Part shown: positions 35,741 through 46,995 of the stretch, in pieces
Position numbering within the stretch: the first letter of the stretch is position 1
Layout: every line of letters starts with the position of its first letter
Virus record (IMG/VR): IMGVR_UViG_3300042695_000536
Span: 1-64,000 of that record
Source of the DNA: a virus
Lineage: Duplodnaviria > Caudoviricetes
DNA length: 64,000 nt
Reading direction: 5' to 3' (one strand)
The notes under the pieces: generated by a model
Told to the model about the DNA's origin: nothing
The model's database searches: none
What the model saw: the letters and a program-made list of their open reading frames with translations, nothing else
Program-made: the position numbers and the translations under genes

Positions 35741-37036
35741 ATGGCAAGAAAATTTTTAGTTAGCGTTGATCTCAACAAGAATGAGTTGCTCAATGCTAGA
35801 ATCCAAAACTTAGGTTCAGCACCTTCAAATCCAGTAGTTGGACAGATTTACTACGATACATCAAATAACACAATGTATTACTATAATGGACTATCATCAC
35901 CTAATGGTCCATGGATGCCAATGTCTGGCTCTACAGAAGTTATACAAGATGTAATCGGTTCATCTATTGTTGGCGGAGTTGGCTTAACAGCAACATACGG
36001 AGACCCAGCTGGAACAACAACAATTGATTTAGACGATACCGCTGTAACTGCTGGTTCATATGGATCAACAACAGCAATTCCTACATTTACAGTTGACGCT
36101 CAAGGTCGTTTAACTGCAGCAGGAACAGTTAGCGTAGCAACTAATCTTTCAGTTGCTGGAGACACTGGAACAGACACAGTCGATCTTCTTACAGACACTC
36201 TTACAGTATCTGGCGGAGAAGGAATTGATGTAGCGGTAACAAATAACACAATTACGGTATCTGCAGAAGATGCAACTTATACAAATAAGGGTGTTGCTTC
36301 ATTTAATTCAACAGATTTTACAGTTACAGCAGGAGCAGTATCTCTCAATAAAGATCCAGTAATTACACTTTCAGGAGATGTAACTGGTTCTGCAACAATG
36401 ACCAATTTGGGAGACGTAACAATATCAACCACAATTGAGCCAAACTCAATTGCCCTTGGAACAGATACAACTGGAGATTATGTAGCAACAATTGTTGGCA
36501 CAGCCAATGAAGTTACTGTTTCTCCAAATAGCGGAGAGTCAGCAGCCGTAACAATTGGATTGCCAGATGACGTAACAATTACTAATAATTTAACAGTTGG
36601 CGGTAATTTGAATGTAACTGGAACAATTAACTCAGTAAATACTACTCAGGTAAATATTGTTGACAATAAGATTAACCTAAATACCGATTTTGCAGGAGCA
36701 CCAACAGTAGATGCTGGAATCCGTGTAGAACGAGGAACATCTGCAGATGCAGAAATATTGTGGAATGAAACATCAGATCAGTGGACACTAACTAATGATG
36801 GAACAAATTATCATGAGATAACAAGAAAGTATAAGACAACTCTTAATACTTCAGCAACATCTTATACAGTAACTCACAATTTAGGAACAAAAGATGTTGT
36901 GACTGCTATATATGAAGTTGCTTCTCCATATGCACAAATTGAGGCAGATATTGAGCATACATCAGATTCAGTTGTAACTATTAGATTTGCAGTTGCACCA
37001 GCAATTGGAGAATATAGAGTAGTTGTAATAGGATAA
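35741..37036 (+). CDS. tail/head fibre protein
   Basis: Thr/Gly-rich; [20 protein letters not shown]; VTHNLGT. Confidence 0.75.
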   Translation: MARKFLVSVDLNKNELLNARIQNLGSAPSNPVVGQIYYDTSNNTMYYYNGLSSPNGPWMPMSGSTEVIQDVIGSSIVGGVGLTATYGDPAGTTTIDLDDTAVTAGSYGSTTAIPTFTVDAQGRLTAAGTVSVATNLSVAGDTGTDTVDLLTDTLTVSGGEGIDVAVTNNTITVSAEDATYTNKGVASFNSTDFTVTAGAVSLNKDPVITLSGDVTGSATMTNLGDVTISTTIEPNSIALGTDTTGDYVATIVGTANEVTVSPNSGESAAVTIGLPDDVTITNNLTVGGNLNVTGTINSVNTTQVNIVDNKINLNTDFAGAPTVDAGIRVERGTSADAEILWNETSDQWTLTNDGTNYHEITRKYKTTLNTSATSYTVTHNLGTKDVVTAIYEVASPYAQIEADIEHTSDSVVTIRFAVAPAIGEYRVVVIG

Positions 37037-37045
37037 GGATTTCAA

Positions 37046-37420
37046 ATGGCCAAAAAGTTTAAGTCATTATTAAATCTGCTTACACTTCCAGAAGATCCTA
37101 TAATTGGATCAACTGGAGATGTGTATTTTAATGTAACAAGCAAAAACATTAAGATATACAATGGTGCAGTGTGGGTTGACTTAACTCCTGGCTCTACCGA
37201 TCCCGCTCCATTTTATATGCACACTCACTCTTATGATGGAAATGTACATACAGTTAATTTACAAGAAACAATTGATTTTTCTGATATTAACAATAACGCA
37301 GGAGTTGTAGAAACAAGTCCTGCTATAATAGGCATAGACGGTGGTACTCCAACATCATCGTATACAAATGCAAGTTACACGCAGTTAACATTGTTGGATG
37401 GAGGCCAAATTGGCGACTAA
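37046..37420 (+). CDS. virion structural protein
   Basis: GDVYFN...KIYNG..W; DGG motifs. Confidence 0.65.
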   Translation: MAKKFKSLLNLLTLPEDPIIGSTGDVYFNVTSKNIKIYNGAVWVDLTPGSTDPAPFYMHTHSYDGNVHTVNLQETIDFSDINNNAGVVETSPAIIGIDGGTPTSSYTNASYTQLTLLDGGQIGD

Positions 37421-37961
37421 TTATCCTACATCAAAAGATAACTTTACTAATCCTGCCGCAACTGAATCAATGGAAGGCCATGCGTCTCTGCATGGCAACG
37501 TCAATGATGCAATTGAAGCAATTGAAAACAAGCTAGGCGTAAACGGATCATCAGATGTAAATTCAATAGACTATAAGGTTTCTCAGCTAGAAACAAACTT
37601 AGCTAACCTTGATGCAGAAAACGCTTCAGAACTTTTGGGGCTAGATGGCAATAATGATTTAACTATAAACGGTATAGAGAACAAAACAACTATTGATTCG
37701 TTTTCTAAAAATGTTTACAAAACAGTTGAGTATAAAATTCAGATTGATAAGCAGGTTGGAAACTTAACTACAAGCTCAACAGTACTGATTCTAAACGATG
37801 GAGCAAATGTCTACATGTCCGAATCTAATGTTATTTCAAATACAAATGATGTTTTGGGTAATATAACTTTTGAAGAAAATAGCGGTATAATAAGTCTATG
37901 TGTTGCGCCGATATCAGGCTCCATAAGAGTAAGATATTCTAGAACAGCACTAAAAGCATAA
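37398..37961 (+). CDS. virion structural protein
   Basis: TNYPTS.D...H...NDAIEAIE.KLG; likely TTG start at 37410. Confidence 0.65.
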   Translation: MEAKLATNYPTSKDNFTNPAATESMEGHASLHGNVNDAIEAIENKLGVNGSSDVNSIDYKVSQLETNLANLDAENASELLGLDGNNDLTINGIENKTTIDSFSKNVYKTVEYKIQIDKQVGNLTTSSTVLILNDGANVYMSESNVISNTNDVLGNITFEENSGIISLCVAPISGSIRVRYSRTALKA

Positions 37962-37986
37962 AAAGCAGTAAAAGGGAGTCATATCA

Positions 37987-39477
37987 ATGGCAACAGTAAA
38001 TAAGAATTTTAGAGTTAAAAATGGTCTTATCGTTGAAGGTGGTTCAGCCACCGTCAATGGTTTTGATGTATTAACAAAGGCACAAGCGGACCAAGACTAC
38101 ATTGTTAGTATTATTGGTGGTACAGCAACCTCAGCCAATACAGCTAATACTGTTGTAAAAAGAGATGCCAACGGAAATTTTGCTGCAGGAACAATTACTG
38201 CAACATTTACGGGTAACCTTACTGGTAACGTAACTGGTGATGTAACTGGTAACGTAAGCGGTCAAGCTGGAACAGTATCAAGCCTTTCAGGACATAGTTC
38301 AGACGAGATCTCAGAAGGATCAACAAATAAATATTACACAGATGAAAGAGCTCAAGATGCTATAGGTAATTCTTTAGGTACTGGTCTTTCATACAATGAT
38401 ACAACAGGTGCAATATCTGTAACTGCAAATACTTATGATGCATACGGTGCAGCTTCAGCAGCACAGACTGCAGCAGCAACAGATGCTACTACAAAGGCTA
38501 ACGCAGCCCAGGCAGCAGCAGAGGCCACAGCAGCAGCAGATGCTACTACAAAAGCTAACGCAGCCCAGGCAGCAGCAATTTCAGCAGCAGCAACAGCAGC
38601 AAACTCAGCATTAACCTCTGCAATTTCAACAGAAGTTTCAAACCGAAATACAGCAATTTCAACAGCGGTAGATAACCTTGTTGCAGGAGCACCAAATTTA
38701 CTTAACACACTTGATGAATTAGCAGCAGCAATTGCAGACGATGCAAACTACGCAACAACTATGACATCAGCTTTGGCGACAAAGGCTCCTCTTGCTTCAC
38801 CAGCACTTACTGGTGTGCCAACAGCACCTACTGCAGCAGCAAACACTGACACAACTCAGATTGCAACTACAGCATTCGCAAAAGCAGAAGCAGATGCAGC
38901 TCAAGCAGCAGCAGAAGCCACAGCAGCAGCAGATGCTACTACAAAAGCTAATGCAGCTCAGTCAGCAGCAACAACTGCAGCAGCAACAGATGCTACTACA
39001 AAAGCTAATGCAGCTCAGTCAGCAGCAACTACAGCAGCAGCAACAGATGCTACTACAAAAGCTAACGCAGCTCAGGCAGCAGCAGAGGCTACAGCAGCAT
39101 CAGCACTTACTGCAGTAAAGAATGGTACTACAAAGTTTACAGCAGTAAACGTAAATGACCTGGTTTCACAACGGGCAGCCCAGGCAGTTCTTGCTTCAAT
39201 AGCAACAGGCTCTTCTGTAATGTCATGGGCTAAGTCAGACTATCCAACAGCTAAATTGTGGGTAAAGTTTGCAACAGCAACACATTCACAAATTTCAGAA
39301 ATTCTACTAACTACAGACTCATCAAATAACATAGCAATTACTGATTTTGCTGAGACTGGCACAAATGGTTCCCTTGGAACAATTACTGCCTCATATGTGG
39401 CGGGAAACATTGGAATAGAAGTAAATACTGTTTATGCAAATACAACAGTAACCGTAGTAGCAACACTTATTAAATAA
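37987..39477 (+). CDS. fibre protein with Ala-rich coiled-coil repeats
   Basis: AAxDATTKANAAQ repeats; AP.LLNTLDELAAAI; KAPLASPALTGVPTAPT. Confidence 0.8.
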   Translation: MATVNKNFRVKNGLIVEGGSATVNGFDVLTKAQADQDYIVSIIGGTATSANTANTVVKRDANGNFAAGTITATFTGNLTGNVTGDVTGNVSGQAGTVSSLSGHSSDEISEGSTNKYYTDERAQDAIGNSLGTGLSYNDTTGAISVTANTYDAYGAASAAQTAAATDATTKANAAQAAAEATAAADATTKANAAQAAAISAAATAANSALTSAISTEVSNRNTAISTAVDNLVAGAPNLLNTLDELAAAIADDANYATTMTSALATKAPLASPALTGVPTAPTAAANTDTTQIATTAFAKAEADAAQAAAEATAAADATTKANAAQSAATTAAATDATTKANAAQSAATTAAATDATTKANAAQAAAEATAASALTAVKNGTTKFTAVNVNDLVSQRAAQAVLASIATGSSVMSWAKSDYPTAKLWVKFATATHSQISEILLTTDSSNNIAITDFAETGTNGSLGTITASYVAGNIGIEVNTVYANTTVTVVATLIK

Positions 39478-39546
39478 TTAAATAACAAGGTTATGGGGTT
39501 CCTTTTAAAAACCCCACCAAAACACTTAGGGGATATGTGAACTTAA

Positions 39547-39912
39547 ATGGCAACAGAAAATAAGAATTTTAAAGTAAAGAACGGACTCAATGTAGCAGGT
39601 ACTGCCACATTTGGGTCTAATGTCGTTTTAGGCGAAACACCCCTTAGATTTGATACAGCAACAAATAAGCTACAAATTCAGCTAAATGGGACATGGACCC
39701 CAATAGCTTTTAATTCAGATATACCAGATCCAGCTTCACAAATTAGCTTTATGGACATCGGATTGGCCATTGATTATAACGGAGAACCAATCTACACAGT
39801 GCAGGCAAATGGAGTTACTCCTGAAGTAACAAGCAAGTTTGTAGATGGTGGATCTCCATCTTCTACAGATGCCGATGTTTCTATGGTTTTTGACTCTGGA
39901 GTCATATCTTAA
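39547..39912 (+). CDS. virion structural protein
   Basis: N-terminus MAT.NKNF.VKNGL shared with 37987. Confidence 0.65.
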   Translation: MATENKNFKVKNGLNVAGTATFGSNVVLGETPLRFDTATNKLQIQLNGTWTPIAFNSDIPDPASQISFMDIGLAIDYNGEPIYTVQANGVTPEVTSKFVDGGSPSSTDADVSMVFDSGVIS

Positions 39913-39965
39913 AGCAATAAATGATACAATAAGCAGTATAAATAAAATATATAAGGGGTAACAAA

Positions 39966-42900
39966 ATGGCAACAGTAAGATTACAATTAAGAAGAGGCGA
40001 AGCAGATCAATGGGTTGCCGCCAACCCAACACTAGCACCAGGAGAAATTGGTATTGAAACAGATACTAATACATTTAAATTTGGAGATGGAAGCACCCCT
40101 TGGAATTCACTAAGCTATGCTCTCTCACAAACAGTAGACGATTATATTCTTTTAAGCACTAAAGGTGTTGCAAATGGTGTTGCGTCATTAGACTCATCAG
40201 GATTTATTCCATCAGCACAGCTACCCCCATTAGCAAAAGTTACAGTTTCTTCAGCAGCAAATCAAGCTGCACGTTTGGCTTTAACCGCAGAACCTGGCGA
40301 TATTGCAATCCAGTCAGACAATGGAACAACATATGTACTTGCCTCTTCCCCTGCAAGCACAAATGGCAACTGGAGAGAAATATCCGCTACAGCAGCAATC
40401 TCAGCAGCAATTGCTACTCACGAAGCAGATACAACAAGCGTACACGGAATTGCTGACACTTCGCTTCTAGCAACTACAGCAAACGTAGCAACTGCTAAAT
40501 CAGAAGCAATTTCTGCAGCCGCTACTGCAGCAGGAACCGCACTTTCAACTCACGAAGCAGATACAACAAGCGTACACGGAATTGCTGACACTTCGCTTCT
40601 AGCAACTACAGCAAACGTAGCAACTGCTAAATCAGAAGCAATTTCTGCAGCCGCTACTGCAGCAGGAACCGCACTTTCAACTCACGATGTTGACACAACA
40701 GGAGTACACGGCATTGCAGATACAGCAGAGCTTGCTACAAAAACATATGCAAATTCAGCAGTGACAACCGCAGTATCTGCCCTTACAAAATCTTCAGTTG
40801 GGCTTTCAAATGTAGATAATACTTCAGACTTATCTAAGCCAGTTTCTTCTGCCACACTTACAGCGTTAGACTTAAAAGCACCACTATCTTCACCAGCTCT
40901 TACTGGCGATGCAACTGCAGTTAATTTAACTCTTTCTGGAAATTTGACAGTAAATGGAACAACTTCAACTATTAATTCAACTACACTTACAGTTCAAGAT
41001 AAAGATATTGTTTTGGGACAGACATCAAGCCCAACAGATGCCGCTGCAGATAACGGCGGAATTATATTAAAGGGAACAACTGATAAATCAATCAAATATA
41101 GCGTTGCAAAATCAGCATGGGATGTTTCAGAAAATATTAATATCCCTGCAGATAAATCTATTAAAATAAACAACATTGAAGTATTAACATTGACTACTAT
41201 TTTTGGAAAAAGCCTTCCAGATGTAGTCGTTGGAACAACAGAAACTCAAAATCTTACAAATAAAACTTTGAACTCGCCAATAATTAACACACCTACTGGT
41301 ATTACAAAATCAGATGTTGGACTTTCAAATGTAGACAATACAGCTGATTCTGCAAAGCCAGTTTCAACTGCTGCTCAGTCAGCTCTTGATCTAAAGGCCC
41401 CACTAGCCTCACCAACATTTACAGGAACAGTAACTCTTCCAGTCGGAACAGTTACATCTGGAATGATTGCCGACGGATCAATCATGAATGCAGATATTAA
41501 TGCAGCCGCAGAAATTGCTACATCAAAGATTGCAGGCCTCGACACAGCGCTTGGGCTAAAGGCCCCGCTAGCCTCACCTACATTTACAGGAACCGTAACT
41601 CTTCCAGCTGGAACAGTTACATCTGGAATGATTGCCGACGGAGCAATTCTAGATTCAGACATTAGCGGAGCAGCAGCAATTGCAACATCTAAGATCTCAG
41701 GCCTCGACACAGCTCTTGACCTAAAGGCTCCACTAGCCTCACCAACATTTACTGGTACAGTATCTGGTATTACAAAGTCTATGGTTGGACTAGGGTCTGT
41801 TGATAACACAACAGATGCAGAAAAGCCAGTTTCAACTGCTGCTCAGTCAGCTCTTGATCTAAAGGCCCCACTAGCCTCACCAACATTTACTGGTACAGTG
41901 TCTGGTATTACAAAGGCAATGGTAGGCTTAACAAACGCTAACGACACTTCAGATTTAGCTAAACCAATTTCTACTGCTACTCAAGCAGCCTTGGATCTAA
42001 AAGCACCGCTAAATTCTCCAACATTTACTGGCACGGTTGTATTGCCTTCAACAACATCAATAGGCTTAGTTGATTTATCAGAGCTTGGATATGTAAATGG
42101 AGTTACATCATCTATTCAGACTCAGATTGATAGCAAAGCCCCTCTAGCCTCACCAACATTTACAGGTACAGTAACTCTTCCATCTGGAACAGTTACATCT
42201 GGAATGATTGCTGACGGAGCAGTTGCAACAGCAGATGTTGCAGATTTAGCAATATCAACTGGTAAAATTGCAGATGCAGCAGTTACTACTGCTAAAATTG
42301 CAGATGATTCAATTACATCAGCAAAAATTGTTTCTGGCACAATTGTTAATAGCGATATTAATGCATCAGCAGCAATTGACTGGACTAAACTTGCAATATC
42401 TTCAACAGTTGATTCAACTGAAATTGGATATGTTAATGGAGTAACTTCAGCAATTCAAACTCAGCTTACAGCAGGGGTAACAGCGCTTTCAACACACGAA
42501 GCCGATACAACAAATATTCACGGAATTGCAGACACTAGTTTGCTTGTTACAACAACTGGCACACAAACCCTAACTAATAAGACAATTACTTCTCCATCGG
42601 GATTAGTAAAAGCAGATGTCGGCCTTGCTAATGTTGATAATACAGCAGACTCAGCAAAGCCAGTTTCAACAGCACAGGCTACCGCAATTGCAACTGCAAA
42701 AGCAGAAGCAATCTCAGATGCAACATCGCAAGTAAACGCACTGCTATCTGGTGCGCCAGCAGCATTAAACACACTTGATGAGCTTGCTGCAGCACTTGGT
42801 GATGACGCAAACTTTGCGGCATCAGTAACAACTAGCCTTGGACTTAAGGTAGATTCCTTAACACCAATTTCACAAAAGACAGCATCATACACACTTTCAT

Positions 42901-43169
42901 CATTAACTGAAAGAGATGATCTAATTGAAATGGGTTCAGCATCACCAATTACCCTTACAATTCCAACAGATGCTACACTAAATTATCCAATTGGAACATC
43001 AATTGATATTCTTCAAACTGGAGCGGGACAAGTAACAATTGCCCCAGTATCTGGAACAGTTACAGTAAATGCAACACCTGGCTTGAAGCTTCGCACAACT
43101 TGGTCATCTGCAACTCTCTTAAAGAGAGCAGCAAATACATGGGTTGTCTTTGGAGACTTGACAGCGTAA
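39966..43169 (+). CDS. long tail fibre protein
   Basis: QLRRG...W...NP.LA.GEIG.ETDT..FK.GDG (Mtd/HylP-type N-terminus); VGL.NVDNT.D..KPVS and LKAPLASPTFTGTV repeats. Confidence 0.85.
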   Translation: MATVRLQLRRGEADQWVAANPTLAPGEIGIETDTNTFKFGDGSTPWNSLSYALSQTVDDYILLSTKGVANGVASLDSSGFIPSAQLPPLAKVTVSSAANQAARLALTAEPGDIAIQSDNGTTYVLASSPASTNGNWREISATAAISAAIATHEADTTSVHGIADTSLLATTANVATAKSEAISAAATAAGTALSTHEADTTSVHGIADTSLLATTANVATAKSEAISAAATAAGTALSTHDVDTTGVHGIADTAELATKTYANSAVTTAVSALTKSSVGLSNVDNTSDLSKPVSSATLTALDLKAPLSSPALTGDATAVNLTLSGNLTVNGTTSTINSTTLTVQDKDIVLGQTSSPTDAAADNGGIILKGTTDKSIKYSVAKSAWDVSENINIPADKSIKINNIEVLTLTTIFGKSLPDVVVGTTETQNLTNKTLNSPIINTPTGITKSDVGLSNVDNTADSAKPVSTAAQSALDLKAPLASPTFTGTVTLPVGTVTSGMIADGSIMNADINAAAEIATSKIAGLDTALGLKAPLASPTFTGTVTLPAGTVTSGMIADGAILDSDISGAAAIATSKISGLDTALDLKAPLASPTFTGTVSGITKSMVGLGSVDNTTDAEKPVSTAAQSALDLKAPLASPTFTGTVSGITKAMVGLTNANDTSDLAKPISTATQAALDLKAPLNSPTFTGTVVLPSTTSIGLVDLSELGYVNGVTSSIQTQIDSKAPLASPTFTGTVTLPSGTVTSGMIADGAVATADVADLAISTGKIADAAVTTAKIADDSITSAKIVSGTIVNSDINASAAIDWTKLAISSTVDSTEIGYVNGVTSAIQTQLTAGVTALSTHEADTTNIHGIADTSLLVTTTGTQTLTNKTITSPSGLVKADVGLANVDNTADSAKPVSTAQATAIATAKAEAISDATSQVNALLSGAPAALNTLDELAAALGDDANFAASVTTSLGLKVDSLTPISQKTASYTLSSLTERDDLIEMGSASPITLTIPTDATLNYPIGTSIDILQTGAGQVTIAPVSGTVTVNATPGLKLRTTWSSATLLKRAANTWVVFGDLTA
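40416..40687 (+). repeat. 132-bp tandem duplication inside the fibre gene
   Basis: ACTCACGAAGCAGATACAACAAGC... at 40416 and 40548, apparently identical. Confidence 0.9.
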
Positions 43170-43202
43170 TACAAATATTTAATAAGAAATGGGAGATTAA
43201 GA

Positions 43203-44747
43203 ATGGCATCAGGCAAGAGAATAGGTAAAAAGTCCCAAGCGTCAAATGACTTCTTGGAGCCATTAGCACCAACAGGTGTTGTTGGAACAAACGTTGGAAC
43301 AGGAAGAGCATTTAATGACGGTGCCGTATCTGTAGCGTTTTCTTTACCAGCCCTTTCTCCTAATGCCACTTCTTTTACAGTAACAGCAAGCACAGGACAG
43401 ACAGCAAGTGGAGCAGCATCTCCCTTGACAGTAACTGGAATTGCTTCAGGAGCAACTCCAACATTTACAGTAACAGCAACTAATGCTGCAGGAACTTCTG
43501 CTGCATCTGCTGCTTCTGCTGCAGTAACCGTAACAACAGTTCCACAAGCACCAACCGTAACAGCGGTTAACGTAGGAACAGGCCGCCCATATAACAATGG
43601 TGCAGCTACTATTACAATAACAGGTGGATCAAATGGTGGTTCTGCAATTGGTGGCTTTACTGCTACATCGAGCCCAGGTTCTTTTACTGCTTCTAGCGGT
43701 TCTCCACTAACCGTAACGGGACTTGCATCAGCAACAGCTTATACTTTCAGCGTAACAGCAACAAACGCTAACGGAACTTCAACATCTACAACATCAAACT
43801 CGATTACAGCAACTACAGTTCCACAGGCACCTACAGTAACAGTAGCAGACGTAGGAACAGCACGACCATATAATAATGGTGCAGCTACTATTACAGCAAC
43901 AGGCGGGGCAACTGGTGGTTCTGCAATCACATCTTACACTGCTACATCTGGCTCCTTTTCAGGGTCTGGATCTTCTCCAGTAACTGTTCAATCTCTTCTT
44001 TCAGCAACCTCTTATGCTTTTACCGTAACAGCAACAAATGCCAACGGAACTTCAGCAGCTACAACATCGTCATCAATTACAGCAACTACAGTTCCTCAAG
44101 CCCCACAATCACTCACTGCAACTGCTGGTGTTAATCAAAATACAATTAACTGGCAAATAGGAGCTTCTGGAGGATCTGCATTAACACGACATAATGTTAC
44201 TGGATCAGATGGATCTTCATCTGGAGATTTAGCGGCTAATGCAACTTCTGTAGTTATTGCTGATACAGCAAATACTTCTCAAACATATTCAGCTACAGCA
44301 ACTAATGCTAATGGAACTTCCTTGGCTTCAAATAATAGTGCTAATATTACTACCATAGCACCGTTCTTCCCATTCTTCCCGCCGTTCTTCCCACCGTTCT
44401 TCCCGTTCTTCCCACCGTTCTTCCCACCATTCTTCCCACCGTTCTTCCCACCGTTCTTCCCGTTCTTCCCACCATTCTTCCCACCGTTCTTCCCACCGTT
44501 CTTCCCACCGTTCTTCCCATTCTTCCCACCGTTCTTCCCACCATTCTTCCCACCGTTCTTCCCACCGTTCTTCCCACCATACTTCCCATTCTTTAAGGGC
44601 CCGTCCTTCCCATTCTTCCCACTATTCGGACCGTTCTTCCCACCATCATTCGGACCGTTCTTCCCATCATTCGGACCGTTCTTCCCATCATTCGGACCGT
44701 TCTTCCCACCGTTCTTCCCATCATTCGGTGGCTGGGGCGGATACTAA
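43203..44747 (+). CDS. FN3-repeat protein with C-terminal (P)PFF low-complexity tail
   Basis: Four FTVTATNANGTS/VPQAP FN3-like units, then about 120 aa of PFF/PPFF/PSFGPFF ending GGWGGY. Confidence 0.85.
   Translation: MASGKRIGKKSQASNDFLEPLAPTGVVGTNVGTGRAFNDGAVSVAFSLPALSPNATSFTVTASTGQTASGAASPLTVTGIASGATPTFTVTATNAAGTSAASAASAAVTVTTVPQAPTVTAVNVGTGRPYNNGAATITITGGSNGGSAIGGFTATSSPGSFTASSGSPLTVTGLASATAYTFSVTATNANGTSTSTTSNSITATTVPQAPTVTVADVGTARPYNNGAATITATGGATGGSAITSYTATSGSFSGSGSSPVTVQSLLSATSYAFTVTATNANGTSAATTSSSITATTVPQAPQSLTATAGVNQNTINWQIGASGGSALTRHNVTGSDGSSSGDLAANATSVVIADTANTSQTYSATATNANGTSLASNNSANITTIAPFFPFFPPFFPPFFPFFPPFFPPFFPPFFPPFFPFFPPFFPPFFPPFFPPFFPFFPPFFPPFFPPFFPPFFPPYFPFFKGPSFPFFPLFGPFFPPSFGPFFPSFGPFFPSFGPFFPPFFPSFGGWGGY
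44361..44729 (+). repeat. coding minisatellite of 9/12/21-bp units
   Basis: CCRTTCTTC, CCACCRTTCTTC and CCATCATTCGGACCGTTCTTC units. Confidence 0.95.
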
Positions 44748-44826
44748 TCAATTGTAAATTTATGATTATAAATACTTTTCTTTTCTAGAAAAGTATGATA
44801 AGATTGCATAGTCGAAATGAGATAAT

Positions 44827-45531
44827 ATGGAATGGTACGACCTACCAAGAATTGAAAAAACAAGTTCAAGAGTTGAGTCAAAAAAAATTGACGATAATAT
44901 ACTTGTTGAGAACCTAGACTACGGCATAAACCTTTATAGAAATGCAATAAGTCAAGAAGACTGTCAAAGAGTAATCACTATGCTTGAAGAAGAAATATCT
45001 TTAGGCAAAAACGGAATTCAATGGCATGGCGCAAAAGTTAATGGAAAAGAAAGAACTACTCACGCTAGAAATTGCTATGATTTAAAATTTAAAAAAGATC
45101 AGCTGGGTAAATATATTTCTGACAGCGATGTTTTAAAAGAATGCTACGATATTGTTGATGTAGGTTTAAATAAATCATTAAGACATTATGAATCAGTGTG
45201 GAATTTTACCATTAACTATAAAGAAGCATTCAACTTTGTAAAGTATTTGCCAGGAGAATTCTTTAAGATACATGCTGATCATGGTCCTTATTACACATGT
45301 ACAGTATCTGCAGTTGTTTATTTAAATGATGATTATGAAGGTGGAGAAATTGAATTTCCTCGCCATAATCTTACATTAAAACCAAAGGCGGGGGACATAA
45401 TTTTGTTCCCCTCTAACTTTGTTTATGAGCATGCTTCTTTAAATGTATCCTCTGGAACAAAATACTCTGTAGTTGTTATGATGGACTATAATGATCTTTA
45501 TCATAAAGAAGAGACTGGAGAAACTTATTAA
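44827..45531 (+). CDS. 2OG-Fe(II) oxygenase, P4Hc-like
   Basis: IHAD; YLNDDYEGGE; FPSNFVYEH; TKYS. Confidence 0.9.
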   Translation: MEWYDLPRIEKTSSRVESKKIDDNILVENLDYGINLYRNAISQEDCQRVITMLEEEISLGKNGIQWHGAKVNGKERTTHARNCYDLKFKKDQLGKYISDSDVLKECYDIVDVGLNKSLRHYESVWNFTINYKEAFNFVKYLPGEFFKIHADHGPYYTCTVSAVVYLNDDYEGGEIEFPRHNLTLKPKAGDIILFPSNFVYEHASLNVSSGTKYSVVVMMDYNDLYHKEETGETY

Positions 45532-46288
45532 AATATTATTTCAGCCATTTAGACCATGGCTAAATAAGTTCAGCTCATCTTTGCCCAAGCCTACACAGAG
45601 TACTATACCAGATTGGTATAAAGAAGCGGATAGGTTTGCAAAAATGCCAAACGGAGAATACTATAAGGCAACAAAAGAAATTTGTCCAGTTCCAAGAGAA
45701 GGAACATCAAATGACTATGGTAAAATTCCAACATGGAAAGCTTGTCCAGCTATACTAGATGCTTTTATGACAGGATATGTATTAAGCACTCCGTGCGATT
45801 TAGAATTTAAAAAAGACAAATATGGTAAAATAAGAGTTGACGTAAAAGATAAAAAGCATATCGGTTTTGTTTCAGAAAGAACTCCAATGGATCAGTTTCC
45901 ATCTCCAATTGGGTACTACGAAGAGCATTTTGCTTGGTACCCAGAGTGGGGCATTCAGGTTCCAGAAGGATACAGCGCTTTGTTTATGACACCTATGAAC
46001 AGATTTGACTTACCCTTTTTGAATACAAGCGGAGTTGTAGATACAGATAAGGTTCATCTACTAGGAACATTTCCATTTTTTATTGCAAAGGATTGGGAAG
46101 GAACAGTGCCAAAAGGCACCCCATTTTTACAAATATTACCGTTTAAAAGAGAAGACTGGGATCACGATATAGAGTTTTTAAGTGTAAACGAAATGCAAAA
46201 AAGATTAATAGACAATGCAAAATTTTATCGTCAGCCTGACGGTGGAGTTTATAAATCAAAAATTTGGAAAAAGAGAGAGTATAAATGA
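45491..46288 (+). CDS. conserved phage protein, possible dUTPase-like fold (DUF6065-related)
   Basis: KACP...D....GY; PEGYSALF..P.NR; SGVVDTD; KGTP..QILPFKRE. Confidence 0.6.
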   Translation: MIFIIKKRLEKLIKILFQPFRPWLNKFSSSLPKPTQSTIPDWYKEADRFAKMPNGEYYKATKEICPVPREGTSNDYGKIPTWKACPAILDAFMTGYVLSTPCDLEFKKDKYGKIRVDVKDKKHIGFVSERTPMDQFPSPIGYYEEHFAWYPEWGIQVPEGYSALFMTPMNRFDLPFLNTSGVVDTDKVHLLGTFPFFIAKDWEGTVPKGTPFLQILPFKREDWDHDIEFLSVNEMQKRLIDNAKFYRQPDGGVYKSKIWKKREYK

Positions 46289-46995
46289 CAACAGAAACTA
46301 AAAGCATAGCCTCTACTTGGAGCAGCAAAGAGCAGCTAGCCCCAGGTATATTTGTTTATAGAGACGTACTTAAAAAAGAACTTGATATTATCAATAGGCT
46401 TGAAAGTTCTGTTGGGCCAGTAGGAACTAAAGAAAAAAGATATACTTTCCAGCCAGCTTATGTTGGATATCAGCAATTAATGCCAGACTATAGAGATTGT
46501 GTAGATTTTAAATTTAAAAAAAGTGATATTGCTTTAGATAAAAGTGAAGATGCAATGAAGCTAAAAGAATTGTGGCAGGATGTGTATGATGTTCAATATC
46601 CAGCAGTTGTAGACTATTGCAAAGCACACAATATAATGGAGCTTAAATATTGGGAAGCTTTTAATTTTATTAAATATGGAGAAAGCCAACATTTTATGGA
46701 GCACCAAGACCACGGATATTCTTATAATTGCGTTGTGTCCTTGGTTGGTTATGTTAACGATGACTATGATGATGGAGGATTGTATTTTAGACTTCAGGGC
46801 CTAGATATTAAGCCAAGAGCTGGAGACCTTTATATTTTCCCATCTAACTTTATGTACCCTCATCAAGCAAAAGCTGTAACCAAAGGAACAAAATATTCTA
46901 TAGTAACTATGCTTGACTATAGTAAAAAATTTCATACTCAAGAGATGTATGATCCAAAATGGGATAACGAAATCAATGAAAATAACAGCCTATAA
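46285..46995 (+). CDS. 2OG-Fe(II) oxygenase, paralog of 44827
   Basis: EAFNFIKY; HQDHG; FPSNFMYPH; TKYSIV. Confidence 0.9.
   Translation: MTTETKSIASTWSSKEQLAPGIFVYRDVLKKELDIINRLESSVGPVGTKEKRYTFQPAYVGYQQLMPDYRDCVDFKFKKSDIALDKSEDAMKLKELWQDVYDVQYPAVVDYCKAHNIMELKYWEAFNFIKYGESQHFMEHQDHGYSYNCVVSLVGYVNDDYDDGGLYFRLQGLDIKPRAGDLYIFPSNFMYPHQAKAVTKGTKYSIVTMLDYSKKFHTQEMYDPKWDNEINENNSL

Noticed and set aside
38792-39118. Poly-Gln ORF
   Set aside because: Alternate frame of GCA GCA alanine runs in the fibre gene
44350-44589. - strand GRTV-repeat ORF
   Set aside because: Shadow of the PFF minisatellite; the + frame is continuous with the FN3 gene
39966-44747. Diversity-generating retroelement targeting fibres
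   Set aside because: No reverse transcriptase and no template/variable repeat pair differing only at adenines; the repeats are internal coding duplications
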